From sequence record NC_061451.1: a DNA stretch of 64,000 nt. The stretch is one strand, 5' to 3'. Below, in pieces: positions 1 through 9,884 of this stretch. Position 1 is the stretch's first letter. The number at the start of each line of letters is the position of its first letter. The notes below the pieces were generated by a model. It made no database searches. It had not been told where the DNA came from and was given only the letters and a program-made list of their open reading frames with translations. The translations under genes were made by a program, and so were the position numbers.

Positions 1-1482
1 GAATCGTTCGAAGGCTTCCAGAAGATTAACGGTGCGTGGAAAGTTGAAGACGCTCCTTATCCGATTGAAGTCAATGCTGGTGGCCATGTGTATATTGGCA
101 GTGCTGAGCATCGCCAGTTCACCTTCATGCATGACACAACCGCAGAAGGTATGCGTGTACTTCGTCCTGAGTGGAACACGCTTAGCCAACTGGCTCAGTA
201 CCCTTCTGCGGAAGGTCAGTACGCTGCGATTCGTCTTGCGTCCGTCGAAGAACTCAAGCAGAACACGCCTGATCAATTCGATGCCTCCAGCAAGAACATC
301 GAGCTGGTGCTTTCTAACTGCGGTCCTGAGAAGCGTGATATTAATATCCTCTCTCATGACGGCACAACGTACACAATGCCTGCTGTGCTGATCGACGCCG
401 TTGGTCCTTACGATCACGTTGAAGACTTCGCGCATTACATTCAGGACTTCCTGAACATCGGTATCTATGCGTATGCAGACAACTCCGGTATCTGGATTCC
501 TGGTCTGGTTGAAGCTGACCTGCACAACGCTGTTGCACGCGATGCAGACTCTGGTTATCAGGGCGTTGACTTCTACGCTACCTCGCGTCAGATCAGCTAT
601 CAGATGATGGCAGTTATCTCTGACGTGTTCCCAGAGCTGACCCGCTTCGTTCTGGACTTCAATGCCAAGTACGCCGCAGAACAGGAAGACGTAGTTTATC
701 TGGCGCCTGGCTTTGACATTGCCGAAGCTATGGACGGCATTCTGCACAAAGAGATCAGCGGCTACGACGACCAATACGATCTGCTGATGCAGCAACTGGC
801 ATACGTTGAAGACTGGTTCAGTGTTGATGACCGTCTGCTGCCTGTACCGTTTACGCTGCGTGCGCTTGACAAGCAAGTTGAGTTCTGGGATGTTAACGTC
901 GATGAAACTTCCGTCGTTATCACCAACAACTTCGTTAGTCATAACAGTGACGTCCGCGTTCGTCTGGCCTCTCGCGCTGTGCCTGAAGGCTGGCCGAAAC
1001 TCAAAGACGCGCCTGGCGTTGTCGGTGAGAAGTCTGTTTCTGTTGAAGGTGGTACTGACCGCTATCGCTTCATTGCAGCCAAGACCATCAAGAACAAGAT
1101 GGGCGGTATCCCTAACCAGTTGACGTGGTTACGCCTGTGGGAAGCTGACGGTAACGGTGAAGCGCGTGGCTTTGACCCCGTGTTCGATACATGGCACTAC
1201 GTCAAAACTCTCGGCCTCGTCAACGGTACGCGCAAGTCATTCAAACTGAAAGCACCGTGCCCTGTAGCATCCGAAGTTAAGATGGATTGGGATGACTTCC
1301 GTACGCTGATCAACGGTAACAAAGAACAGATTGTTAGCGTGTGCAAAAAGCTGAAAGTCAAACCTGTATCTCTGCGTCTGTGGGCGTTCAAGTTCGTGCA
1401 GTCCCAGAAAGGCAAAGATATGTTGAAAGCGTCGATCAGTAAGTCCGTTAAGAACGTTAACGACGACGAAGACGACGATTAA
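1..1482 (+). CDS. Hypothetical protein, 5'-truncated by window edge
   Basis: Frame +1 is open from base 1 (ESFEGFQKING...) into the listed 88..1482 ORF; strongly biased codons; acidic DDEDDD end. Confidence 0.8.
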   Translation, partial: ESFEGFQKINGAWKVEDAPYPIEVNAGGHVYIGSAEHRQFTFMHDTTAEGMRVLRPEWNTLSQLAQYPSAEGQYAAIRLASVEELKQNTPDQFDASSKNIELVLSNCGPEKRDINILSHDGTTYTMPAVLIDAVGPYDHVEDFAHYIQDFLNIGIYAYADNSGIWIPGLVEADLHNAVARDADSGYQGVDFYATSRQISYQMMAVISDVFPELTRFVLDFNAKYAAEQEDVVYLAPGFDIAEAMDGILHKEISGYDDQYDLLMQQLAYVEDWFSVDDRLLPVPFTLRALDKQVEFWDVNVDETSVVITNNFVSHNSDVRVRLASRAVPEGWPKLKDAPGVVGEKSVSVEGGTDRYRFIAAKTIKNKMGGIPNQLTWLRLWEADGNGEARGFDPVFDTWHYVKTLGLVNGTRKSFKLKAPCPVASEVKMDWDDFRTLINGNKEQIVSVCKKLKVKPVSLRLWAFKFVQSQKGKDMLKASISKSVKNVNDDEDDD

Positions 1483-1489
1483 TTAACTC

Positions 1490-1507
1490 GCGGTCCTTCG
1501 GGGCCGC
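1490..1507 (+). repeat. GC hairpin GCGGTCCTTCGGGGCCGC, identical to 50376-50393
   Basis: Exact 18-bp match read from sequence; cTTCGg loop; no U-tract follows. Confidence 0.75.
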
Positions 1508-1526
1508 CCTCTACCCGGAGAAAGAG

Positions 1527-1910
1527 ATGCGTACTCTGATTCATACCGCAGACGTAACCAATCTGTCTGTGCTGGAACTGGAAGAAGGCTCTGTAGCAAA
1601 GCCTGTTACTCCAAATCTGATTTCTGATCTCAAAGAGCTGCTGTCACGCGAAAACCTGAGCCAGAACATTCGCCACGTTGTGTTCATCTCTGCTGATCAG
1701 GTCGGCGTATTCACCGAAGCTGAGATGATCAACTACTTCGACCCAATCGAGCAGGTGTCTGAAATCAACGCAGGCAATATCGGTACTGTGCTGGCTATGC
1801 AGGTTATTCGTGTCGATGACAAGACTAATCTGATCGCAGTGGCTGGTGTCACTGATGTGGAAGAAGGCGTTACTATCAACGAGTTCAACGCATCGCCTGT
1901 AAATCTGTAA
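1527..1910 (+). CDS. Hypothetical protein
   Basis: 127 aa ORF with GGAG upstream; no family recognised. Confidence 0.8.
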   Translation: MRTLIHTADVTNLSVLELEEGSVAKPVTPNLISDLKELLSRENLSQNIRHVVFISADQVGVFTEAEMINYFDPIEQVSEINAGNIGTVLAMQVIRVDDKTNLIAVAGVTDVEEGVTINEFNASPVNL

Positions 1911-1980
1911 ATAAAACAAGTGAGGGCAATCGTGTCCTCACTTAACTCACTCTGATAGGGCATTGACCCAGGAGATAAAC

Positions 1981-2703
1981 ATGACAATCAAATTTGTCGA
2001 AGTACCGAACATTAGTATGTTCGAGGGTCTGGTGCATGGCGCCAACCGACACGCACAAAACGCCAACATCGGCGGCAAGGCTCGTTACGCATTCTACGTG
2101 GATGTGACAGAAGCTGCGGCAGAAGCTGCACTGTATTCAATGTTGCGCAAGAAGGCACACGCAGATGTTAGAGCTGTGGGCTACTCTGTTTCTCATACTG
2201 TTCGCGGTATGACTCAACCTAAAGAGATTCCTGTTTTCTTGTCGGACAATTTGTCTCACATATCATTGGATTCTTTGAAACAAAATTTATGTGAGTTGCT
2301 TCGTGCGCTGTGTCGTTCAGCCGCCAGCTCGGATAGCAATATCATTCTGTATTACCAAAAGGACATGGCTTTCATCAAAAGCAAAATGTTCGATTGGGTT
2401 CTTGAAAGCAAGTTAAGCAGACCTTCAAAAGTAGACTGCGAACTGTATGTTCGTTCCTCAAACATTGATCTTAACGTCCTTCTTAATATCGTTAGAGATC
2501 ACGATTATATCGGACACTTTGCATCTAGCATACCACAAGAGATTACAATAGGCTCTGATGCGAGTGCCATAGATGCCGTCAAGTTATGTGACACAGCCGA
2601 CGTACTGGCTGCTCAAGGCCGCAAAGTGCATCTGTGCAATGACATTTACCGCAAAGCGGTGTCTATCTCCTTTGCCGACGGTATTCCGCGTAATCAACTG
2701 TAA
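1981..2703 (+). CDS. Hypothetical protein
   Basis: ATG at 1981 follows GGAG; no family recognised. Confidence 0.75.
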   Translation: MTIKFVEVPNISMFEGLVHGANRHAQNANIGGKARYAFYVDVTEAAAEAALYSMLRKKAHADVRAVGYSVSHTVRGMTQPKEIPVFLSDNLSHISLDSLKQNLCELLRALCRSAASSDSNIILYYQKDMAFIKSKMFDWVLESKLSRPSKVDCELYVRSSNIDLNVLLNIVRDHDYIGHFASSIPQEITIGSDASAIDAVKLCDTADVLAAQGRKVHLCNDIYRKAVSISFADGIPRNQL

Positions 2704-2791
2704 ACCAAACACATTGCTGTGTGTAGTCTTTGGCCAAACTTAGGCTCGGGAGTCCAGGACGGGCTCCCATTTTTATTTCGGAGACAGAACA

Positions 2792-3856
2792 GTGACTGAC
2801 ATTAGAAGCAAAACAGCCTACGAATATCTGCACGACACCTATCTTGAAAACAATTTCTTTGTTGGCGTTCCTCGATCTAAACTCACAGCAAAGTTTCAAG
2901 AGTACCTGAAGACAACTAACGGTAGGCTGCATCGTCACGGTCTTCCTCTCGCTGACTTTATGACGTGGGCCAACATGCGCCCTGAGATTAAAAAGGGCGA
3001 ACAGCAATTTGATGCCGTCATGAGACTGCACAAACTTTCTTTTGATGCGGCCGCTGTGTACACACAATTCGTATGGTCGTTTACCAAAGGTGTGTTCAAG
3101 ATCGATCAAGAGATATGGAAACATCTTGCAGAGGGTGAGCCACCCAAGATACTTCCCTCAGATACGCTCAAGCGTTTGCCTAACTGGTCACAGTGGTTAG
3201 ATACGTCATTGAGAATGGTCCGTCACGATAGCGCCAGTGACACGCTGTTTGCTTTGACCACTGAAGGCTTCTGGTCAACGTATTTGTGCTATGATCATCA
3301 AAACAGAACGCACATGTTCCTCGTAGCGCCTACCGTTATGCAGATAGGCAAAGATAGTTTCATCGCAACCACTCTGGTTATGTTTGACATAACAAAAGAC
3401 CATGAGATGGAAGACAACATGGATTGGCAAATCACCGCCACATCAACTGACGGTCAAACTTCCGTACGCTTTACGAAAGAGCATGAAACGTACGGCAAGA
3501 TACTTGACGGTTTGGTTAGTGCTTGGATTGATTCTGCTGTCAATGCGTTGTTGTTCGTCGCTTCATCCGTTGATAACGTTTATAAAGGAGGTGTAAAGGG
3601 AATCGTCCCACGCAAACAAGGTAAGACGTTCAAAGTTCTACCAATACGTGACGTGCGTGTATGGCATGTAGGTTCAGAGTTGCTTAACGAGATACGCCAG
3701 TATGAATCTGATGTAGCCTCAGAGAGTTCTCAGAATCGCCGTGCTCACATTCGTCGTGGTCATTATCATAACTACTGGTATGGCCCGCGTGATGGTGAAC
3801 GTGTTCTAAAAGCCAAATGGCTTCCACCGTGTGTCGTTCGAGGCACCGCAGAGTAA
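2792..3856 (+). CDS. AcrVA2/FinQ-family protein
   Basis: C-terminal RAHIRRGHYHNYWYG...KWLP matches recalled AcrVA2 RPHIRRGHWHGYWQG...RWQP; also W..TKGVFKIDQEI, LKRLPNW, EGFW, VGSELLNEIRQY in the same order. Confidence 0.75.
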   Translation: MTDIRSKTAYEYLHDTYLENNFFVGVPRSKLTAKFQEYLKTTNGRLHRHGLPLADFMTWANMRPEIKKGEQQFDAVMRLHKLSFDAAAVYTQFVWSFTKGVFKIDQEIWKHLAEGEPPKILPSDTLKRLPNWSQWLDTSLRMVRHDSASDTLFALTTEGFWSTYLCYDHQNRTHMFLVAPTVMQIGKDSFIATTLVMFDITKDHEMEDNMDWQITATSTDGQTSVRFTKEHETYGKILDGLVSAWIDSAVNALLFVASSVDNVYKGGVKGIVPRKQGKTFKVLPIRDVRVWHVGSELLNEIRQYESDVASESSQNRRAHIRRGHYHNYWYGPRDGERVLKAKWLPPCVVRGTAE

Positions 3857-3905
3857 TCACAATCAACCTTATCTTCCACAAAGGCGTTTAGCCTAGGAGA
3901 ATCTT

Positions 3906-4664
3906 ATGTCCCGTGTACAAACGTTGTTCATCCCTGAAGTTGAACGTTTTGAAGCGTATGTTAAGTCGTTGCTGCACATGGCACGCACGCTAGATAACAG
4001 CGGTCGTCAATACAACCGCACGAAACATGTCGTCGTCGTTGGCTCAACAACTCGCATAGTCGAAGCCTACGTCAAAACAACAATCGGCTCTAACACAGTT
4101 CCAGATGGCGTTTTCTGCCTCGGACTGAACCAAGCGCCTGACCTCTATAAGAAGTATGACTTCGGCTCTGCTCATGTTGTACTGATGTTCGATCTGATGT
4201 ATACGTCGGAGAGCGCAATCAACTCACTCGCCCACAGACTGTTTGATATTATCCTGACGCTCAAGCAGCGACCAGAAGATAAAGAACTGAAAAACCTTCC
4301 GATACATATCGTCGGTCAGAACTGGAAGGTGTGGGATGCTATGATGGAGTCGGGTGCAGGCAATGCAGCAAACTACGAATGCTATTCTAAGGGATTGCAG
4401 TTTGCACCCAATCAAACTTTCGAAACAGCCTCATGCATCACGTTTGATCAGCTACTCACGCAGGACCCGAACACTTACGCCAAGCACGACATTTCGATTG
4501 GCCGAGAGTTCACCGTGATTGATCATGCTACGCTGATTCAAAAACTCCATAACATCAAATGGGTGTTGCAGTCAGGCCAGACACAACACAAACTCATCCT
4601 CGACCACGCGTTTCAGCGCATTTTGTTCGAGCAATATCTCTGCTATGAGTTTCAGGGTCTTTAA
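3906..4664 (+). CDS. Hypothetical protein
   Basis: 252 aa ORF, GGAG RBS; no family recognised. Confidence 0.8.
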   Translation: MSRVQTLFIPEVERFEAYVKSLLHMARTLDNSGRQYNRTKHVVVVGSTTRIVEAYVKTTIGSNTVPDGVFCLGLNQAPDLYKKYDFGSAHVVLMFDLMYTSESAINSLAHRLFDIILTLKQRPEDKELKNLPIHIVGQNWKVWDAMMESGAGNAANYECYSKGLQFAPNQTFETASCITFDQLLTQDPNTYAKHDISIGREFTVIDHATLIQKLHNIKWVLQSGQTQHKLILDHAFQRILFEQYLCYEFQGL

Positions 4665-4738
4665 GAATAATCTTAGTCCGCTAACTAATTTAAAAACGTT
4701 GGCAAGTAGTGCTGACGTCTAGTTATCGGAGACATAAC

Positions 4739-5002
4739 GTGTACGAACGTAGCCTCGTGCGATTGAAGTACCACGCCAGAGCAAACCTCTGGTATAATAA
4801 TACAGAACACGCTTGCAGTGAGCGGAAGGCTACTAATGTGCAATGTGAACAATTCTTGGAAGCAACCAAGAACTGTCGCTCTGTGCAGGAGTCGCCTAGT
4901 GTTGTTTCTTTCTACTCAGGAGCCGAGCTTGTTGGTCAAGCAATATGGCAGCATGATGCAGACAGTGACAGCACACTTCAATTCCGGCTTCTACTTGCGT
5001 AA
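4739..5002 (+). CDS. Possible small hypothetical protein
   Basis: GTG at 4739 follows GGAGA; fills an otherwise empty gap. Confidence 0.4.
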   Translation: MYERSLVRLKYHARANLWYNNTEHACSERKATNVQCEQFLEATKNCRSVQESPSVVSFYSGAELVGQAIWQHDADSDSTLQFRLLLA

Positions 5003-5066
5003 CATCCTAAAGGGCTTTCAGATACCTCTGGCGGCCCTTTATCATTTCAATACACGGAGAAAGCCA

Positions 5067-5333
5067 ATGTCTGTTCAGATTCAACTGTCCGAGAAAAACC
5101 TCGACGATATTATGCAGCACTCCACCAGCCGCATCAGCCTGTCTGAGTTGAATGCGCGTCTGGCGCAAGATGAAATCATCATGCAGAACGTGCTGGTGGA
5201 ACGCCCTGTAGGCGCCGGTGTGCCTATCACTGTCGTGCGTGATATTGTTGATCGCTATCTGGAGCTGATTCGCAATCCAGGTCCGATTGACGGTCAATGG
5301 CAGCCGCAAGAATACGCTATCGTGCAATACTGA
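5067..5333 (+). CDS. Hypothetical protein
   Basis: ATG at 5067 after GGAGA, within listed 4818..5333 ORF. Confidence 0.7.
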   Translation: MSVQIQLSEKNLDDIMQHSTSRISLSELNARLAQDEIIMQNVLVERPVGAGVPITVVRDIVDRYLELIRNPGPIDGQWQPQEYAIVQY

Positions 5334-5407
5334 TCTCATGGGTGCCTTAGGGCGCCCATATTCGTTTATATGCTAATTTCTACCTACATTCAACTAGGAG
5401 AGACAGC

Positions 5408-6067
5408 ATGAAAATATTCGTTTCGCTGTCGGCCCCACAAAAACAAAAAGAACCGCCGATTGTAACTGAATCTGATCAAAAGAATCCTCGCGTAAACGAT
5501 AACAGCAAACTCGGTCAAGTGTTTGATGTGTTCGTGCTCCAGCAAATGTCCTATCTCGATATGAAAGAGATTCGTGGCTCTGCTGGTCCAAAATACGCGC
5601 AGGTTATTGCCGACTGGCTTAACAGCCAACGCAGTATCGACAATAAGTTCCGTGTGTCTAAGCGCAGTAAGATCTCTATTGCTGTCAAGAACACTCAACA
5701 GCTTGCCGCTCGCTATACGGACATTTACCTGTTGAGTCCTGAGAGCAATAAAGAGCGTTCGTGGTTGCTTAAAGGCGAAGGCCCACAAGGCAACAACAAG
5801 ACGATTGAGATTGGTCGTAATCTCTTATTAGACGTCCTATATGCTTCTGCTCTGACGTTGCTTGGTGCACACCTCGTAACAGAAGAATGGCCAGGCAACA
5901 GCACGTATGATCAAGTGTTGTTTGAAATGGACAAGCGAAGCAAACGTGGTAAAAGGATTGGTAAGCGCTACCCACGCATTGCCAAAGAAAATGAAAACAC
6001 ACTAATCACGATGATGCAGGACGGGTTGTCTATTGCAGAAATCACCGATTGGGTTCTGAAACAGTAA
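5408..6067 (+). CDS. Hypothetical protein
   Basis: 219 aa ORF, GGAG RBS. Confidence 0.75.
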   Translation: MKIFVSLSAPQKQKEPPIVTESDQKNPRVNDNSKLGQVFDVFVLQQMSYLDMKEIRGSAGPKYAQVIADWLNSQRSIDNKFRVSKRSKISIAVKNTQQLAARYTDIYLLSPESNKERSWLLKGEGPQGNNKTIEIGRNLLLDVLYASALTLLGAHLVTEEWPGNSTYDQVLFEMDKRSKRGKRIGKRYPRIAKENENTLITMMQDGLSIAEITDWVLKQ

Positions 6068-6076
6068 GAGGAATCT

Positions 6077-6889
6077 ATGTCACTCGTAAAACTTCAAGGC
6101 GTCCCGTCCTTGTCCGCGCCTACCAAGGCCCAGAAAGATGCAGCTATCTATATGTTTGGCTCTAAAGGCCATTCTATCGTTGCTGTGTTGGATAAATTCA
6201 GTCGTGCCAAAGAAGTGCGTGCACCGCATCTCGATGGCCTGTTGAAGCTGATGAAGGAAGGCGAAGATGATGAGATCATCAAATTCGTTTCATCTGCTGC
6301 TGGTAAGAAAGCTCTGGCTAACGCGAAAGCATTCGCCGTTGCAAAGACACTGACCGCAAGCATCAAAGCGCTTAAACTGATTCGCGTTCCGATGAAGTGG
6401 ATCGACGGTCACTCGGATGTTGCTGCTGCACGCAACGAAGAAACCAAAGAGATTCGCGCACGCAAGACTGCTGGCAATCGTCCTGAAAAGCCTATCAAGC
6501 TCGATAACCCGCAAGCGCCTGCGCCTGTTACTCCTAAGGCCAAGCCTGTTCACATCCCGTCTGGCAAGTCTGCTGATACGCTGGTGGATGAGATGGGCGA
6601 TATTCCTGCGCGTAAGATCTCAGGCAAGAGTATGCAACAGCGTGAGGAATATTTGAATGCTCTGGGCTTCGTTATCCAGCGCAATATTCCGCGTGCAAAA
6701 GTCAACGTCTCTGCTGACAGCGTTATGGTAACTAAAGGCTCCAAGATTTATACCATTGCACTGACGCCACAAGCGTGGACGCTGCAAGAAGGTGTGACTA
6801 AGAAGCCTAAGCGCATCGGCACAACGTTCGACGTTGTTTCCATACTGTCTGCGATTGATTCTTCCTTCGCGCCTGTACTGATGAAGTAA
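6077..6889 (+). CDS. Lys/Ala/Pro-rich basic hypothetical protein
   Basis: 270 aa, GAGG RBS, central KPIK/APAPVTPKAKP linker. Confidence 0.8.
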   Translation: MSLVKLQGVPSLSAPTKAQKDAAIYMFGSKGHSIVAVLDKFSRAKEVRAPHLDGLLKLMKEGEDDEIIKFVSSAAGKKALANAKAFAVAKTLTASIKALKLIRVPMKWIDGHSDVAAARNEETKEIRARKTAGNRPEKPIKLDNPQAPAPVTPKAKPVHIPSGKSADTLVDEMGDIPARKISGKSMQQREEYLNALGFVIQRNIPRAKVNVSADSVMVTKGSKIYTIALTPQAWTLQEGVTKKPKRIGTTFDVVSILSAIDSSFAPVLMK

Positions 6890-6893
6890 CAAC

Positions 6894-6922
6894 AAAAGGG
6901 TGGCCTAAGGGTCGCCCTTTTT
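6894..6922 (+). terminator. Intrinsic terminator
   Basis: AAAAGGGTGGCC-TAA-GGGTCGCCCTTTTT stem with U-tract after stop codon. Confidence 0.8.
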
Positions 6923-7144
6923 CGATCTATTTGCGTGCCAATCGTAAATAACCTTTCCTCTGCGTTGCCTCTCCTACTCCTGCCTCGACGCCCACACGCT
7001 GCATACTCATTCCATTTGTCTCTACTAACTCTGGCTCTAACTCAAAACCTGCCTCAGTTTCCTGCTAACCTGATCGCTAATTCCTATCTGCAAGCCAAGT
7101 TCTTGCATACGCAAATTTGCTATTAGGTTAAGAGGAATATTCCC

Positions 7145-8983
7145 ATGATTGAAGTAAACTGTTTCGCAGATTTACGCACTACCGCTCCAGCAAAGGCTGG
7201 CGACATGGCGTTACTGAAACGTTACTATGACAAAGACAGTTCGTTTCGTGGGGGCGGCTACTTCATCGGCTTTCCGCAGACAAAAGATCTGCCCGCAGAT
7301 GATGGTGGTATCACGGCAGTAGATGCAAACAAAAGTTTCTTCTGGAAGCGTGTTGTGAATGACCCAGAAGAGATTAACCTGTTCCACTTCGGTGGTCGCT
7401 GCGACGGTAAGACAGATGACAGTGACGCGTTCCTGCGTAACTTCATGTGGACGTGTAAGTCTGCTGACGGTAACGACACTATAGGTGTGCGCTTCCCAAC
7501 AGGCACAACGTTGATCAACCCTATCGATCTTACGCACTTGGGTGAGATACCTGTGTTCGCTATCTATGGTGACACACGTTCTGATAAGGGCTGGCGTCCT
7601 CGTGTCAAGCTGATCAGTAACCAAGGCGAAGCTACTGTATTCAAGTTCAATGCACGCCGCACTATTGTTCGTGGTCTGAACTGGAATGGTCAGTGCTATC
7701 CTGTGAAGGACGGCAAGAAGGTAGACGTGTCCACGATCGTGGGTGCTGTCATGCCTGAGCAGCGTTCAAACAATCAGATCTTCCTTGAGAACATCTGTAC
7801 TATGGGTCAGTACATTGGCGTACAGTGCTTCCGTGCTGAGAGCAACGGCGGATCTGCATTGAAGTTCCAAGACACCATCGATACTTCTATCACAGAGATC
7901 TACGGCAGCAAGAGCTATGGTGCTGTGATTGAAGCCAAGTGGTCGAACACAGTGCAGGCCGGCTGGAACCACTCGACTGCTGTGCGCTTAGAGAACGGTA
8001 ACTTCCAGTACGGCTACGGCCCTGCTGTGTTAGACATGCCGCGTATGACTCAGGCGTTCATGAAGAACGTCTGGATTGAACACACGCGCTTCCCAGGTAA
8101 TATGAACGATGGTCAATGGGTGCTTGAAGGTAACTCGATTGAGAGTTCTGACAACCCACTCAATCTGGCCAACACTCGTTGCGTGATCAATGGCTACTAC
8201 TTCCAAGGCGTTGGTACAATGAACTTGGAACGTGCATCAAGCCCTGACAACTGGCTGAGTGGCTACGAGCGCGGCAGCATTCGTACTGAGACGTACGGTA
8301 TCATCATGACCGATTCCTGCTTCCGCGCAGGCTACTACACGGGTTATAAGATTACCAACAATACAGATCAGGACAAATGGTTCTATCTGGGCAGCTACTC
8401 ATTCCCGAAAGTGAATCAAGTGTGGCAGATTGAACTGCTGGGTACTGCACCAAACGTTGTACCGAACACGAAGCTGCAACAGCCTACGCAGATGGACGGC
8501 ATGGGTCGTCGTGTTATCACAATGCAACGCTGCATTTCACCGCAGAAGAAAGTGTATGCCGATATGCACATGGAAGGAACGGACGCAATCGCCGATGTTG
8601 TGTACCAGCGCCTGTGGGAAGACTACGGCAAGGTGTGGGTTAAGCTGAAAGCCAACAGTGGTGATACTATCTTCAACCTGACCACCACTGGTCCAACTCG
8701 TTTCGAAGCAGGTGTTTGTACGTTGTTCAGCGACGGTCCAATTGAATGCGTGGATCCCGTTCTGACCGAGATGACCACCAGTGTCGAAAAGAATCAGAAG
8801 GACTATGCGCGACCTCAGGCTCGTTTCAGTTTGCACAATGGCCTTGCAGGTGTAGGCGCAAACGAGCAGGGTCTCATCACTATTCAAACCAAAGACGCTA
8901 CAGCACCGAAAGATACCACTAAGCCTGCTGGCTATGTGAGTGTCAATATCAACGGTGTTGATCGTCTCTTGCCTTACTACTAA
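7145..8983 (+). CDS. amsF: AmsF/WceF-like exopolysaccharide-modifying protein (tailspike-like beta-helix), lacking N-terminal export signal and head-binding domain
   Basis: Motifs match recalled Erwinia AmsF/Pantoea WceF: GGGYF, FHFGGRCDGKTDDS, FP.GT, WNHSTAVRLEN, WIEH, QARFSLHNGLAGVGANEQG, KPAGYVSVNING...LPYY. Confidence 0.85.
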   Translation: MIEVNCFADLRTTAPAKAGDMALLKRYYDKDSSFRGGGYFIGFPQTKDLPADDGGITAVDANKSFFWKRVVNDPEEINLFHFGGRCDGKTDDSDAFLRNFMWTCKSADGNDTIGVRFPTGTTLINPIDLTHLGEIPVFAIYGDTRSDKGWRPRVKLISNQGEATVFKFNARRTIVRGLNWNGQCYPVKDGKKVDVSTIVGAVMPEQRSNNQIFLENICTMGQYIGVQCFRAESNGGSALKFQDTIDTSITEIYGSKSYGAVIEAKWSNTVQAGWNHSTAVRLENGNFQYGYGPAVLDMPRMTQAFMKNVWIEHTRFPGNMNDGQWVLEGNSIESSDNPLNLANTRCVINGYYFQGVGTMNLERASSPDNWLSGYERGSIRTETYGIIMTDSCFRAGYYTGYKITNNTDQDKWFYLGSYSFPKVNQVWQIELLGTAPNVVPNTKLQQPTQMDGMGRRVITMQRCISPQKKVYADMHMEGTDAIADVVYQRLWEDYGKVWVKLKANSGDTIFNLTTTGPTRFEAGVCTLFSDGPIECVDPVLTEMTTSVEKNQKDYARPQARFSLHNGLAGVGANEQGLITIQTKDATAPKDTTKPAGYVSVNINGVDRLLPYY

Positions 8984-8988
8984 CAGAC

Positions 8989-9007
8989 GAGGGGCGCAAT
9001 GCCCCTC
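8989..9007 (+). terminator. Hairpin/terminator after amsF-like gene
   Basis: GAGGGGC-GCAAT-GCCCCTC perfect stem. Confidence 0.55.
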
Positions 9008-9068
9008 AACTAAGTCAAATCTCTGTACTCTCCCTAACTCAAATAAGATACGCCGCACAGCGTACTAT

Positions 9069-9122
9069 GCACTAATAAGGTCAAAATGACCATTCTCTGC
9101 TATATGCTGCCTATGCTATAAT
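9069..9122 (+). promoter_or_regulatory. Bipartite phage promoter copy 1
   Basis: GCACTAATAAGGTCAAAAT box; TGcTATAAT at 9114-9122; 33 nt from hexamer to -10. Confidence 0.75.
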
Positions 9123-9168
9123 AGTTGCGAGCGCATTGCTCAATACAATCATGCTGAGGAGCATAACA

Positions 9169-9510
9169 ATGAACGCATCTACTTTCGATTTTTCTATCAT
9201 CTGCACCGAGAGCTTCAACATTAATGAGCTGAACAAAATCGCCGTTGAGCTGAACAAGCTGATCACTAACTCGCAGATCAAAATTGAAGCCGCAGAGCTT
9301 GATGATGAAGGCACAGAGTGCATTCTTCTGGCTATCGGCCTCGATGAAGACGGCGAAGAGACTGGCGAGAACGGCTACTCCCTGCATCTGGACAACGGCG
9401 ACTATCAGATCGTATATCTCGGTGTGCCGCATCCTGACTTCGATAAGCACGAACTTGCGACCAGTGACTTCGAGTTGTTCATCAAATCAGTCAACGGCCT
9501 TGAGTTCTAA
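9169..9510 (+). CDS. Acidic hypothetical protein
   Basis: ATG 9169 after GAGGAG. Confidence 0.75.
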   Translation: MNASTFDFSIICTESFNINELNKIAVELNKLITNSQIKIEAAELDDEGTECILLAIGLDEDGEETGENGYSLHLDNGDYQIVYLGVPHPDFDKHELATSDFELFIKSVNGLEF

Positions 9511-9530
9511 TCACTAATCTGGAGTCCAGT

Positions 9531-9884
9531 ATGCGCCCTAACGCCGCAGCACATCTCGCCGCATCTCTTGCCTTGTTTGCGAAACGTAACCGTAGAGCAA
9601 AATTCACTATCTCTACAAAATCGATAATTCAAGCGACTGATATGGGGACTGGTGCCTATATACCTGATCTATTCATTATGCAATTAGACCTAGAGTTGCG
9701 TCTACGTGGTTACATCCTGATTAAACAGGAGGAGACAAACTACATGATAATGAAAGCTAGACCCCGCAATCATGGCCTTCGCATTTCTTCAAATCATATA
9801 GATGAATATATGAACCTGCCTCTTGAAGTAGTCGATCTTCAACTCTCTGAGACGTTGGACACAGAAGACACAGAAGAAGACTAA
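9531..9884 (+). CDS. Hypothetical protein
   Basis: 117 aa ORF, GGAG RBS. Confidence 0.7.
   Translation: MRPNAAAHLAASLALFAKRNRRAKFTISTKSIIQATDMGTGAYIPDLFIMQLDLELRLRGYILIKQEETNYMIMKARPRNHGLRISSNHIDEYMNLPLEVVDLQLSETLDTEDTEED

Noticed and set aside
1897-2704. CTGTAAA copies at 1904, 2698 (and 11481) as promoter motifs
   Set aside because: They coincide with Leu-stop codons, so they are not counted as independent evidence
9512-9530. CACTAATCTGGAG as a 14th promoter box
   Set aside because: Matches only the 5' half, no -10 at the expected distance, and it doubles as the RBS of the 9531 gene
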